This document shows, one piece after another, positions 36,080 to 46,998 of a stretch of 64,000 bases of DNA. How positions within the stretch are numbered: the stretch's first letter is position 1; the number at the start of each line of letters is the position of its first letter. The position numbers and the translations under genes are program-made. Source of the stretch: Squalus acanthias (Eukaryota); contig CM059428.1 of assembly GCA_030390025.1 (NCBI GenBank), forward strand, positions 137,950,001 to 138,014,000, in the 5' to 3' direction. The notes under the pieces were generated by a model. That model ran no database searches. It was not told where the DNA came from and was given only the letters and a program-made list of their open reading frames with translations.

Positions 36080-36390
36080 AACCTCCAATAGCCATTCATT
36101 CTTCATCAGTGAGAGTAGACAGTGAATGGTGTTGCCAGCCATTAAATGGGCATCACAGTACAGCTTGATTCTATCTCTGTTCTCACTCAACATTTCCAAA
36201 TTTGCACTTTCCAGCCGGAGTCACTGGATCGCAATCAAAATCAGGGCCCTGGATGATTTTCTCCCTCCCCCAGCTCAGGGGTACAGAAGCCAATTATAGC
36301 ACCTATTGTGCTGCTCCAGTTGAGAATGGAACTTTTAATCTATGAAATGGTACATCAGGTGCCTTTAACACAAGGCCATCTAGGTAGCCC
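36080..36390 (-). mobile_element. Ancient tRNA-derived SINE (family of 4205-5935)
   Basis: GCCATTCATTCTTCATCAGTGAGAGTAGACAGTGAATG...TTTCCAGCCGGAGTCACTGGAT...GCCAATTATAGCACC, similar to 4215-4310 and 5325-5420. Confidence 0.55.
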
Positions 36391-37389
36391 CTCTTTTTAT
36401 TTATCTCCTTATGTCATGCACCATTTTCAGTTAAGCTTGGCAAGTTTGCTATGTGCACCAAAGTGTTTAACTTTATCTGGTATCTGGATAATATACTATA
36501 AATGAATATAATATACATGAAAAAAAATTAGAAGTTGTCAAATGACCTGTCCCACACTTCCCAATGCCTACTTTTAGAGTGCTGCCTGATTTTTTTCTTC
36601 ACTCACTCTGGGGAGGCACTTAGCCTCTGCTTGGGATCCCCAGCATCCAAATATCAGATAAAGTTAAATCCCATGGAGTTGTTCCCTATAGGATTACCAT
36701 ACAGTACAAAACAGTTGCTACATACATCAGTAAAGGCACTGCTGAAATACATCAGACTTTGTTCCTCACATTTTAGATGCCATAGAGGGAATTTATATCT
36801 CTTGTAAAATTACTTTTACAATAGTTTGCATTATAGTCTTTCTAATGATCTGTTTGCATCTTAGATCCAAATTTACTTCAGCCTTACTGATACATATTTA
36901 ATTCTGCATCGTGTAATCTAGTTTAATAACTCACTTTTTAGTGAATTCTTGTGTTTATCAGGGATTGGGGAGTCAGTGCTAGAGAATGGAATTCATTTCT
37001 GTTTTGACACAAGTGCAGGTCAAGCAAAACACAGGCCTAATACAGAATAAAGCCTTAATTATACTGCATTTTTGGCATCCATAGCACAATCTTTTGCACT
37101 GAAAAAGTGGTCTTGCAATGGGCAGCACTCAGCATCCGCTGAAGCATAATTAAAGTTAATGCAAAGTTAACTTTTTAAATGTTAACCCTTAAATTTCTAA
37201 TAATAGAAAAGAGCTGACTATCTTGTCAGCACTTTATGATTGAAAATGTCACCAGCAGTCAGATGCTGCTGATGAGTGGAACTCCATGCATGCATTTGAG
37301 TGCACATGCATGGAGCTCTGGTTTCTTCTATTTAGCATCAATATGAGTATATAGTATAAACGTGGTTATCCACTCACAATGATATTTTA

Positions 37390-37695
37390 ATGCAGCCAAC
37401 ATTGCATCGTATAGTGTAAATGGGGCATGAAGCTCCTCTACTTTGTTTCAACAAAGTGCTAACTTAAACTTCAAGAAACAACCCCTACTGCAGGATAACT
37501 TTTTCCCCCTATTTTCCACACCTGCTCTCCTTATGGACTGTCAGAGTTTTATTGCCAATTTGAGCTAAATTGTGGACAGATTCGGCTGTAGCTCCATGGC
37601 TTGTTTGCTTAGGATCCTTACAGCTAACAAAGAAAGATTTTCATCCCATCAGTCTGAGCCAGATTTGAACCAGATAAAAGGACCATATGCTTACA
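37390..37695 (-). mobile_element. LF-SINE-like element, decayed
   Basis: The reverse complement CTGGTTCAAATCTGGCTCAGACTGATGGGATGAAAATCTTTC...AGCTGTAAGGATCCTA matches the + copy at 37995-38061. Confidence 0.5.
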
Positions 37696-37940
37696 AAAGA
37701 ACAACAGCAGGCAAACAGCAGAAGACAAAAAAATACAAAGAGTAAAAAAGAAAACAAAAACACAAACTGACCTAACACACTATCAAAATCAGCAGTCCAA
37801 CAAGCATATGCAAATGTAATGAACCGGGGTCAAACATCATTCATAGACTTGGTCTCACAACTTTAAGGTTTTAATTTTCAAATATTATCATGATTAATTA
37901 ACAACCAGTTTTGAACCAATTGCAATCACAAAATCATTCA

Positions 37941-38370
37941 TGGAGTCTAGATGGCACAATGGGTTAGATAGAGCATTTTCTTTCACTTCTGGGCTGGGTT
38001 TAAACTCAGCCAAGATCAATGAGATGAAAGTTTCTTCTCTATTATAGCTGAAAGCATCCTACAGAAAACTCAGCTCCTACTGTACACAATTCTGCAACAC
38101 AAAAGCAGTCCTGTCCATTATTCAGTACTGGTGAAACAATGTCACTGAGATGGATGGTAAGTGTGGGAAATGAAAATATCACACTAGGAGCACACTAGCA
38201 CTCCTACCAGCACAATAGAAGTACTCACCTCCAGTTGGGGTTAAGGCAGTCAGTCCCCTATTATAGAGAAAAGATTGCTTTACCATGTATCTAATCTGGC
38301 CTATAACTGATCTGACAGTGCTCGATACTGCCACCAAATACAAAGAAAGCTGAGAAAAGTGATAAGTACA
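37941..38370 (+). mobile_element. LF-SINE-like element, decayed
   Basis: AGATGGCACAATGG, CTTTCACTTCTGGGCTGGGTTTAAACTCAGCC, CACAAAAGCA and CCTCCAGTTGGGGTTAAGGCA follow the order of motifs I recall from the LF-SINE consensus. Confidence 0.55.
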
Positions 38371-38829
38371 TCAGCCATGTGATCTGTTTTGGATTAACAC
38401 AAAAGACTATGATTTTAAATTTATATAAAATACAATTAAAACTGATTTGGGGATTGGTTTTATTTTATCACTTACTGCTTCAGTGCATTTTGGCTAATAT
38501 ATTTGAGGGGTGGTATGATTAAAGTTATTTTGCCACTTTATCTCCCTCTCATCATGAAGGTAATCCCTCATGTAGGGATACCATTTCATTGATGGTACCA
38601 CACACGCCCACATTGAGCTTAGACATTGAATGTTGGTAGATAACTCAACCTTAGGAACATCACAACTGTCCTTATCCAAAGCCATCCAGCAGTGGTCATT
38701 GGATAGAAATTAGGAGTGAGAATCCTGGTTTCACAACTACCTCTGTGTTGTCAGACATCGAGTCATGGATGAATATGAATTTCCTCTAACTGAACTTCAT
38801 CTTAAACTTCACTCCACAACGCTGGCCTC

Positions 38830-39345
38830 TTATTTGGCCCACGGCTGAGCTTCAAATGCCACATCCTACCCATCAGCAAGACCACTTACTTGCACTTCCA
38901 CTAAATTGCCTATATTCAGCCCGATCTTATCCCGCAACTGCTGAAACCCTTATCTATGCTTCTGGACTCAATTTCTACAATGTCAATCTCGGCAACCTCC
39001 CACCCTCTACCTTTCATAAACTCCAACCTGTTCGAAACCTCAGATATCCACACTAAGTTCCATTTGCTCCTCCTCACTGACCTACTATATCACCATGTCC
39101 CCCAAAGCATTAAATTTAAAAATCTCATCTTTAAATCCCTCCACAGTCTCAATTCAACCTACCTCTGCAATCTCCTCAGCCTTATACACCCCTCCTGCAC
39201 CCTTTGGTCCTCCAGCTTTGGCCGTCTATGGATCTCCATCTCCCTTCACCGGTCATTGGTCGCAAAGCTTTGGCTTTACCCTCCATTTCTCTCTCCACCT
39301 TTAAAAATCTCTCATCGCCATCCTTTTGCCCAAACTTATGACTCA
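38830..39345 (+). mobile_element. Old L2-type LINE RT fragment
   Basis: ATAETLIYA...NLPPSTFHKLQ...QSIKFKNLIFKSLHSL...YLCNLL, a degraded homolog of 7640-8124. Confidence 0.75.
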
Positions 39346-40329
39346 TTGTCCATTATATCAGTCACATCCTTTCAAGGTTAAATAGTCCAAGCTTGTCTAG
39401 TTGTTCCTCATAACTCAATCCTCCAATTGTAGAGATCAGTCTTCTGTCTCTTTTCTGCATTGCAAGTCATATATATGTTCACCTAACCATACCATTAAGG
39501 CAATGTTCAGCTCAGTGGTCTCCAACTATTAGATAGGTGGTGTTGCTCTGGTTGTGGTTATACAGCAGCTGATGAACACCACTGAATAAATGTTGGCTCA
39601 ATACGAGTTCCACAGAGTTATAATATTGTTTTCTGATGGTGCAATGTAGGGGAAAACCACATTGAACAAACACAAAATGTACAGCATAATTAAATGATTG
39701 GCCTATTACACCTAACTCAGTACTCTCAATTTAGTACTGGTACTGATACTGGATAATTGGCTGATATTTGATATATTGCTAGAAGTACTTAATTAATTGC
39801 ACCAAAGCCAATAGCTGATAAATGGTTAGTACTAGTAAGGGGAAAGAAAATATAAAGATCCTGTTAAGCGAACGTAGACAGTTCATTTCAGTACGATAAC
39901 TACCTAACTGGCCACATTCACTTACCGCATCGTGCTCTCTACAGCGGCTGCAGTAAAATACACGATTACATTTACTATTACATACAATTTATATATAGAA
40001 GTTACACTGATCAGCTCCAGATTGATCCTCTCCACGTAGTAGTAAATGCTATACTCATGGAGGTAAATTTGCTTATAAATGTTTAATTGTTTCAATTAAC
40101 AATAAAATTGGCATTTAATCTCTTCTATTTGTTGCCTCTTTGCATTTTAAAACTCTGCTTTAAATGTTCCGTACGATGACACAGTAATGTTGGACTGGTC
40201 TTAATTTGTGAAACGCTTTGCGGAAATAGTTTGCAATTATTTTCACAGTATTGAATAAACCATTACGCCTCTGCATTTTGCAAACTGTTTATATTTCTGT
40301 ATGAATGGCTACCAAGTGAAAGCAATTTC

Positions 40330-40467
40330 GTGGTGAGCAGGTTTTTCACTTGCTGGAGGAGAGCGTGCTGATATTCTGCAGCCTCAGTTCATTGCTAACA
40401 CTGTCACATCCGCGTGGATCAGCTGAGCTCGATCACGTGGCTCCGTGTCGAAGGTCAGTCCAGCACA
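40330..40467 (+). promoter_or_regulatory. COMMD3 proximal promoter and 5' leader
   Basis: CpG-containing region directly upstream of the ATG, with E-box CACGTG at 40434-40439. Confidence 0.55.
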
Positions 40468-43400
40468 ATGGAGCTGCCAGAGTATGCACTGAAAGGGTTG
40501 CAATTGCTGGCCGATCCCAGCCACTTCTCCAACAAAACATTCCACATTTTAGTGGAAGCGGCTTTCGAGAGCCTCATAAACCCACAAACAGACGGAGCAA
40601 CATTAGGTGAGCGCGTAGTTTCGAGCTGTTTGCGGAGGGTGGGAGGACGAGGGCTGCTGCTACTGTTGCTGGCTCTTTTAGTGATTTAATGCAGGAAGGA
40701 CACGGTCGGGCCGTTCCTTTGCAAACGGCTCTGTGTCGCAATGTTCCCGAATCCAGTTATAAATAACATTTGCAACAGTGTGTTATTTGCCAAATGCGTT
40801 TCTGTTGACTGATTCCTTGTTTTTTGAGCTGTCGACTTGACGCGGAATGCATATTGAGTCTGGATGTTGTTCATTGTTGTGGACGAATATCCTGGGGCCT
40901 AATGCATCAGGGTTGCCGACTGAACATCTGCTTTATCTGGGTTGCTTAACAACTATTTAAAGTCCCAATATATTTAGTGTAAGTAAAAGCAGGCAAAAAA
41001 TAACACTCTTGTAACAGACTATGTACTGTAGGCGTAAAAGACTATGTACTGTAGGCGTTATCATTGAAGTCACTATGTCAAAATAATTCGGTATAAACAA
41101 AGAGTAAAATGTTTTGCCTAATTTTCCGAGAGGTAACTGTCATTTTTTGGTTTATAAAGTGGTAGACAAAATAATGACAAATGTCATGTATGTCCTGAAC
41201 CAGACGCAATACTCTAATAGGTGGCAAGCTTTACGTTTTATGTGGAAATCGTATTGAGAATCATTATAATTTACTATTGTTATGCAGATCATGTAGAGCT
41301 GGGAAATTTGGACTTGACTTTGCTGAAACAATGCCATGTAGCCATCGCAACCTGTGTATTGGAGGCAGGAAAACAAAATGCTGACAAATCAACTATAAGG
41401 TTACAACATGTCCAAGATTTATGAATATTGTGTATTCAGTTCAACATTTTTTTTGGGTGTAGAGGTATTTTGTAACTGATGTTCTTTAATTTCAGCACAT
41501 TACTTGAAGACTGTAGATTTGGAGGAGAAAGAATAGACATATTTTGCACAGCATACCAGGTTTGGTGTCTATTACATACCATACTTTGCATTTGTAAAAT
41601 TGTTGGGATTACTGCAATTTAGGAAGAGTTTGCCACAAAAAGAATGCGAAGCAATGCAACCAGGCAAATGGTTGACTTTGTTTTATTACAACCAATGCCC
41701 TGACTTTCTAGTGTATAGCTGACAATGTAGATCACTGGTTTGTTTAAGAAGGTGTTATTATAGGATTGTGATCTTGTAGTTCCTTATGGATTTGTCAGAA
41801 CATGTTTACACAGGTAAAATACTGACACAAACACCTACATTTTATACGTTTACTGAAAATATATTAACTGAAGCCAACATTGTAGCTTTGATAATGTGGC
41901 TAAGTTCCTGTGTTTCCTTTTGATATTTAGAAGAACAAAGATAAAGTGGAAACCTTACTAGGAGGGTAAGTGTTAATTACATTTGTGCAGCTAGTCTACA
42001 GTATATAACTTCAGGATCTTGTGTGTGTGTGTGTTGCATTTTGGGTGCAATATCTATAAACTGCAATATGTTTTAATTCCTTTTTATATAAAATCAGTTT
42101 GGATCATGCTTATGTCTGTCATAAAATCATTCAATTGTCTACCTTAAATGCACAAAGTTCTACTACAAGTAGCTTAGTGAAAGTTTACAGTACAATTTAA
42201 ATACTTCTAAAACTATGTTTAGACTTGCCTTGGTTCAACTGATATATAGCATGCACAACACTGAATAATTTGATAAATATCATTGGCTTAAAACTGTACT
42301 TGTTGCCTCTGGATCATAAATTCTATTAATTTGTTTTGATGCTTTTAATTATTTTAACACCATTCCAATCTATAGCTGAATGTGGATCTGTGGAGGGATT
42401 TTGAATGCCTTCTCACTCCATAATCTAGAAGAGGGATAAAGTCTTCTTTCCCCATGCACCTCGGCAGCACGTGCTAATAACACTTGGAAAAATTAAGGAA
42501 AGCAAGAGCCAGGAATCTAAATAAACTGTCGAATTATTTTAATAAATCAGCACTTCTATCCTTGCTAATTAATCTTTGTCCATGTTCATACAATACATTT
42601 AGTGTATTGCCTGCAAAATAAAGGTTTGTCAAGTTTATTAGAAAGGTGAAGTTTTTGAGACTCGTGTTTACAAACTAAAAGATACATATACAGTGAATTC
42701 GACTTCTAATTCGACATCCTATTTCCATTGATGTCAACTTTTATTTTTACCCGCTCACTTTTTGTGTTTATACGCGGAAAGATTTTCGCTCTTTCACAGT
42801 GAACAGTAGTATCTCCACAACAACGCAACATCAGACTTGGTTTAAATTGAGTTTTTGTAAAATTTGAGCCAAAATTACTATTTGGATGAAACCCTGTTGT
42901 TGTTAAACTCCTACTGACTTTGGAAGGGTGAGATCTGATGCATTGGGAGAAGGCAATAATAGGAATAGTGTTTGGTATTTTTGTCCAGTGTGTTAATTTT
43001 TATTCCTGTTGAATGTCTTGCAGCATAGGAAGATTTCCTTCTCACATCACTGATGCTTCTTGGCGCCTGGAATATCACATTAGGGTAAAAAGTGCAAAGT
43101 TTCATGCTTGCCTTTCAGAATAGCCGGGCACAAACTTTCCTCCAATTATTTTCATATTGTATACCTCCCACTAAACTTTTTTTTAATGTATTCCAGAATA
43201 ACCATCTTCACAAAGTCAATCAGCCAGCATATTTATTAACCTTAAATGTAGAGGTAAGGGTTAAAACAAGCAGACACTGCGTTTTGCATTTGAATTGCTT
43301 ATTTAGCACGGCTTAATATTGTTTTAACCTTTTTACAGAATGGTGAAACCCGGCCAGCTCAGGATGTTACTTTCAGTTGTACAATGGAGCAATTACAGGT

Positions 43401-44910
43401 ATTCTAGCAAAACATTACCTCCTTTACAAAATATAGGTGCTTTCTCACCCAGATGTCAAGTCTGAAATTCTTTTACTGACGCTTGTTGCATTTTAGGCCG
43501 AATTGTAAGAAGATGTTAGACTTTACATGTGGTTAGTTGGACTGATGCCATAAGTGTCAGTGACTCACTGTTTCTGGAACGCAACTTCAATAACAAATGG
43601 CTTATTGGAAGACAAAGTACATTGTGGGATCACCTAAAATGCAAGCTACATATTGGCCAGAGATCAATTTTCATTTGAGTCTCTTGTTCATAAAGATACA
43701 AACTAGAGTTTAAAATTTCAACTACATTGATTTTAAGAACCACCACTTTTTGTACACTGACATTTGTTCTTATTCCTTCCTGTTTGTGACGATTTTTATT
43801 GACACTTTACTCCCATCTATTGAAAGAGAAAAATCCAAACTTCATTATTTGCTATGCAATTTTTTCCAGGAATAGATTAACCCTTCACTGAATTTACCTC
43901 ACTGCATTTTGCAACTCTTTTAAAGTGTTCTCTAAGTTTAAATTGCATCTCATGCAAATATCAGTTCTAATAAATTTTTATATACTTAATTGTTTTAATT
44001 TACAATTGTAGCGAGCAAGAGAATCCTTTTGTGGTTTAGCCTGGTGTTCTCTGATGGCTTTGATTGTATTTATATGGGCTGTCTTTAGCAACTAATGTGA
44101 AACACCTGTATGATTCTATGGAAACTTTAATGTAAATAACTTCAAGTTTCAATGTTATTATTGCTAATGCCGTTTGTCACATTTTGTAATGTTCAGTAGC
44201 GGCCCTTTTTTGAATTTACAAAACCCTGCACATTGTGTTAAGAGCCACAGCAGTCGGCATTTTTGCTAGAGGTATTTTACGAATTTTTTTTTTAATGCTA
44301 AATGTTATAAAGCACCGCGAATTTTACTACCTTTTACAATGTAAATTTTGTTGCCGGCATGACCCGATTGCTCAGTGAAAAGTTTAGCAAAATTGTTTTC
44401 TTTTAATCTTTGTAGCCGGAAGCTTAGATTTAAAAGAAAAAGTCTAATTATGGATTTCTAAAGCTTGGCACAATTGTGTGCTTTAAAAAAAAACTTCAAC
44501 TTTTTAAAGTACCGAAAAAGAACCAGTCCATGTATTATGGCGGTTAAGAATCGACGCCAACCCTCAACCCTTCGAATTGCTTTTGCTTTAACAGGGGAAA
44601 ACACTACTGTATGATTACAAAGTCACTAAATATGTTAAACTTTTAAAATATTTTGTTTGCATTAAAAAAGTTACATTCCGATGTGCAATGCCTTTTAGTT
44701 CGCGAGTTTATTCCTGGAAAAAGATCTAACATGACCTTCTATAATATAAAATAATTCCCTTCCCCACCCTGTCGGTGAAGTAGACTTCTGACTCCCTTTT
44801 TAAAAAATATATAATGTATATTATTTTAAAAATCTGTTTTCCCTTTGCAGGATCTTTTGGGGAAGTTGAAGGACGCAGCTAAAAGCATGGAGAAGGCGAG
44901 TCAGATGTAA
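40468..44910 (+). CDS. COMMD3: COMM domain-containing protein 3 (195 aa, 8 exons)
   Basis: Exons 40468-40606, 41288-41399, 41496-41559, 41931-41965, 43024-43084, 43197-43253, 43339-43398 and 44851-44910, all GT-AG, summing to 588 nt in an open frame. Reads MELPEYALKGLQLLADP...HITDASWRLEYHIR...FSCTMEQLQDLLGKLKDAAKSMEKASQM*. COMM domain, directly upstream of BMI1. Confidence 0.97.
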
Positions 44911-45086
44911 TTGATGGAGCTGTGGGGACCGCGATTGAACTCGAGGCTGTGGGTGGCATAAAAGGAATCCGCCTAAACCTGCGTGCTTCCAGCTTCTCTG
45001 CAAGAGTCGTGAACAACAGTCAATCCATAAATGGTTCAAACGTTGCATTTGGCGAATGTATAAAATTCCGCTTTGTACTTGAAATG

Positions 45087-45203
45087 AATAAAATGCTTGT
45101 GGAAGTGGAGAGTTTTGCTGTATTAGACTTGTATATTTCTGCAGTAACTAAAATTTTGTACTTTGTTCGCGTTTGACTGTATATACCACTTTTCTATAAT
45201 AAA
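45087..45203 (+). terminator. Candidate COMMD3 polyadenylation signals
   Basis: AATAAA at 45087-45092 and 45198-45203, followed by U/GU-rich sequence. Confidence 0.55.
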
Positions 45204-46429
45204 GAGATGCTTCCTACAGTCTGAGCTATCATATTTGGTGCTTTGCATTTTTTTTGGTTTTAAATCATTTCACGTTTATTTGCCATTTCCTAGATACGCT
45301 AGATTTTGTATGTATTATTTTGACATGGCAAATGTAAGCCTGTTCTTAACCGTCTGCCATATTCGAATTTATCCCGACCCCTCAAATAAAACAACCCAAC
45401 ATTTTGAAGAGATCTCTAATTCTCCTGACGTTCAATAAGCACGTTCATCTATAACTGCCAGTGGGGGGTAGTGGTGTGTGTGTGGAGGGGAGAAAGACTA
45501 TGAACTCAATCTAATGTTAAAAAATATTACCGAATAATTACATATAATTGTCCATTATTCACATCTTAGAAGTCGTTTGGCGGTTATTGTCTTCTGTGTG
45601 CGTGGTAACTGGAATTTGCTTACACGACTTGCTAGGAAATTAGGAAACTAATAAAGTCAATGCAAAGACAACTTTTAAATTGCGTTTGGAAGCGCAACGC
45701 AGGCTTGTTTCTGTCCCTCGCGTGAATACTTTCTTAAACTTTTAATAAACGTGTTTACAAAATGTCTGTCAGTCCGTTCAGTCGCAGATGTATAAAACTG
45801 CTACGTCTAACCTTGGGGTTTGCCCCCAATGGAAACCCATTTGCATCTGTTTTTGTTGGCCAAATTTAAAAAGAACGCGAGAAAGTAGATTTTAGCGGGG
45901 AGTCTGCGGTGCGACAGCACGGAGAGGTGGGATTTGTGAAGTGAACCGGTTTCAGGAACTCGTCCACGTTCTAGTGCCCGTAGGTTTTTTTTCTGTGCTG
46001 GCAAGAATCATGACGGTGTAAACAATACAACAAATATCTCAAATGAAAAATTGGATCAAAATAGGGTCGCCTCTCTTGCCAATCCCCAGCCACGACCCAA
46101 TGAAGTTTCTATGCATAATCGTATAGCAGCAATCTACTCGCATGATATTCAACCGATACTTTAAAAATACCAGCGTACAGATCTATAGGAAGGAAAGCTT
46201 TCATTTGATCTCTTGGCTAAGATTTATTCTCAAATGTGATCCGAGACTCTGAAACAAAGTTTGCCCTCATATGTTATTATACAGTAACCTCTTTTTGTAT
46301 CGAAACCACTGGCCTTTTATTGTGCCGGGCGATATGTATAGATTATTTTTAAAGCGTGTTATTGGTGGAATGGAGCTGGAGCTGATGTGCGGAGCTGGTA
46401 AAGGGTGCATTATTTGGTGGTATTTTTTG

Positions 46430-46620
46430 AAGGGGTGGGTGGGGAGGGGAGGGGAGGGGAAGGGGGGTCGGCTCTGGTTACACCGACTCTAATTCCCAGG
46501 CCACCCTTAAGGAATGAGACCACGTGACGGAGCGGGGCGGTCGAACTCGAGCCATTTTGGGGACGGTGTCAGTTTCACGGCACCCATCACTGGGCTTCGG
46601 GGGTGGTTTTTTTTCCCAAC
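46430..46620 (+). promoter_or_regulatory. BMI1 promoter core in a CpG island
   Basis: G-run cluster at 46432-46468, ACACCGACTCTAATTCCCAGGCCACCCTTAAGGAATGAG, E-box CACGTG at 46521-46526, GC box GGGGCGG and YY1-like GCCATTTT at 46551. Confidence 0.8.
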
Positions 46621-46760
46621 TTCTACCACCGGGAATAAGCCCAGCCGCCTCGCCGCCTCGGAACCAGGTAGAATGGGCTGAACAAATATTGCAAGAGTGC
46701 GGATCGGGTCCTGCCAGGGTGGGTGCGAGGGTTGAAGGGCCGGCGTTTAACGAATGTTAT

Positions 46761-46770
46761 TTCTCTCTCG

Positions 46771-46804
<34 letters not shown>

Positions 46805-46805
46805 G
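46761..46805 (+). repeat. (CT)n microsatellite; a second one at 47057-47120
   Basis: Imperfect CT dinucleotide runs flanking the BMI1 non-coding exon. Confidence 0.9.
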
Positions 46806-46824
46806 CTAAGCTGCAGCCTCTGCG

Positions 46825-46998
46825 ATTGCAATTGACAGCGTCTGCAGTTCATGCAAGATGGCCGCTTGGCTGCGATTCATTTTTTCCCCCTGATCTACAA
46901 CTTTCATTGTTTTCCGCGGGGTGCAGGCTGTGGCCGGGAGTCGCCGTGCCCCGGGCATAGTCTCTCCAAGACTGGACTGTCTGGAAAAGATCTGCCAG
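46825..46998 (+). other. BMI1: BMI1 non-coding first exon (conserved 5' UTR block; TSS not defined)
   Basis: ATTGACAGCGTCTGCAG...CAAGATGGCCGCTTGGCT...AACTTTCATTGT resembles the mammalian BMI1 5' UTR as I recall it. Candidate donor CAG/GTACAT at 46998/46999. Confidence 0.7.
46858..46893 (+). CDS. Upstream ORF in the BMI1 leader, MAAWLRFIFSP*
   Basis: AAGATGG strong Kozak context, 11 codons, then TGA. Translation is not demonstrated. Confidence 0.5.
   Translation: MAAWLRFIFSP

Noticed and set aside
1-40300. Exons of a host gene such as DNAJC1 in the upstream half
   Set aside because: No non-TE reading frame with credible splice sites or a recognisable peptide was seen. Short exons could have been missed.
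41016-41058. 20-bp direct repeat AGACTATGTACTGTAGGCGT in COMMD3 intron 1
   Set aside because: A simple local slippage duplication with no sign of function.
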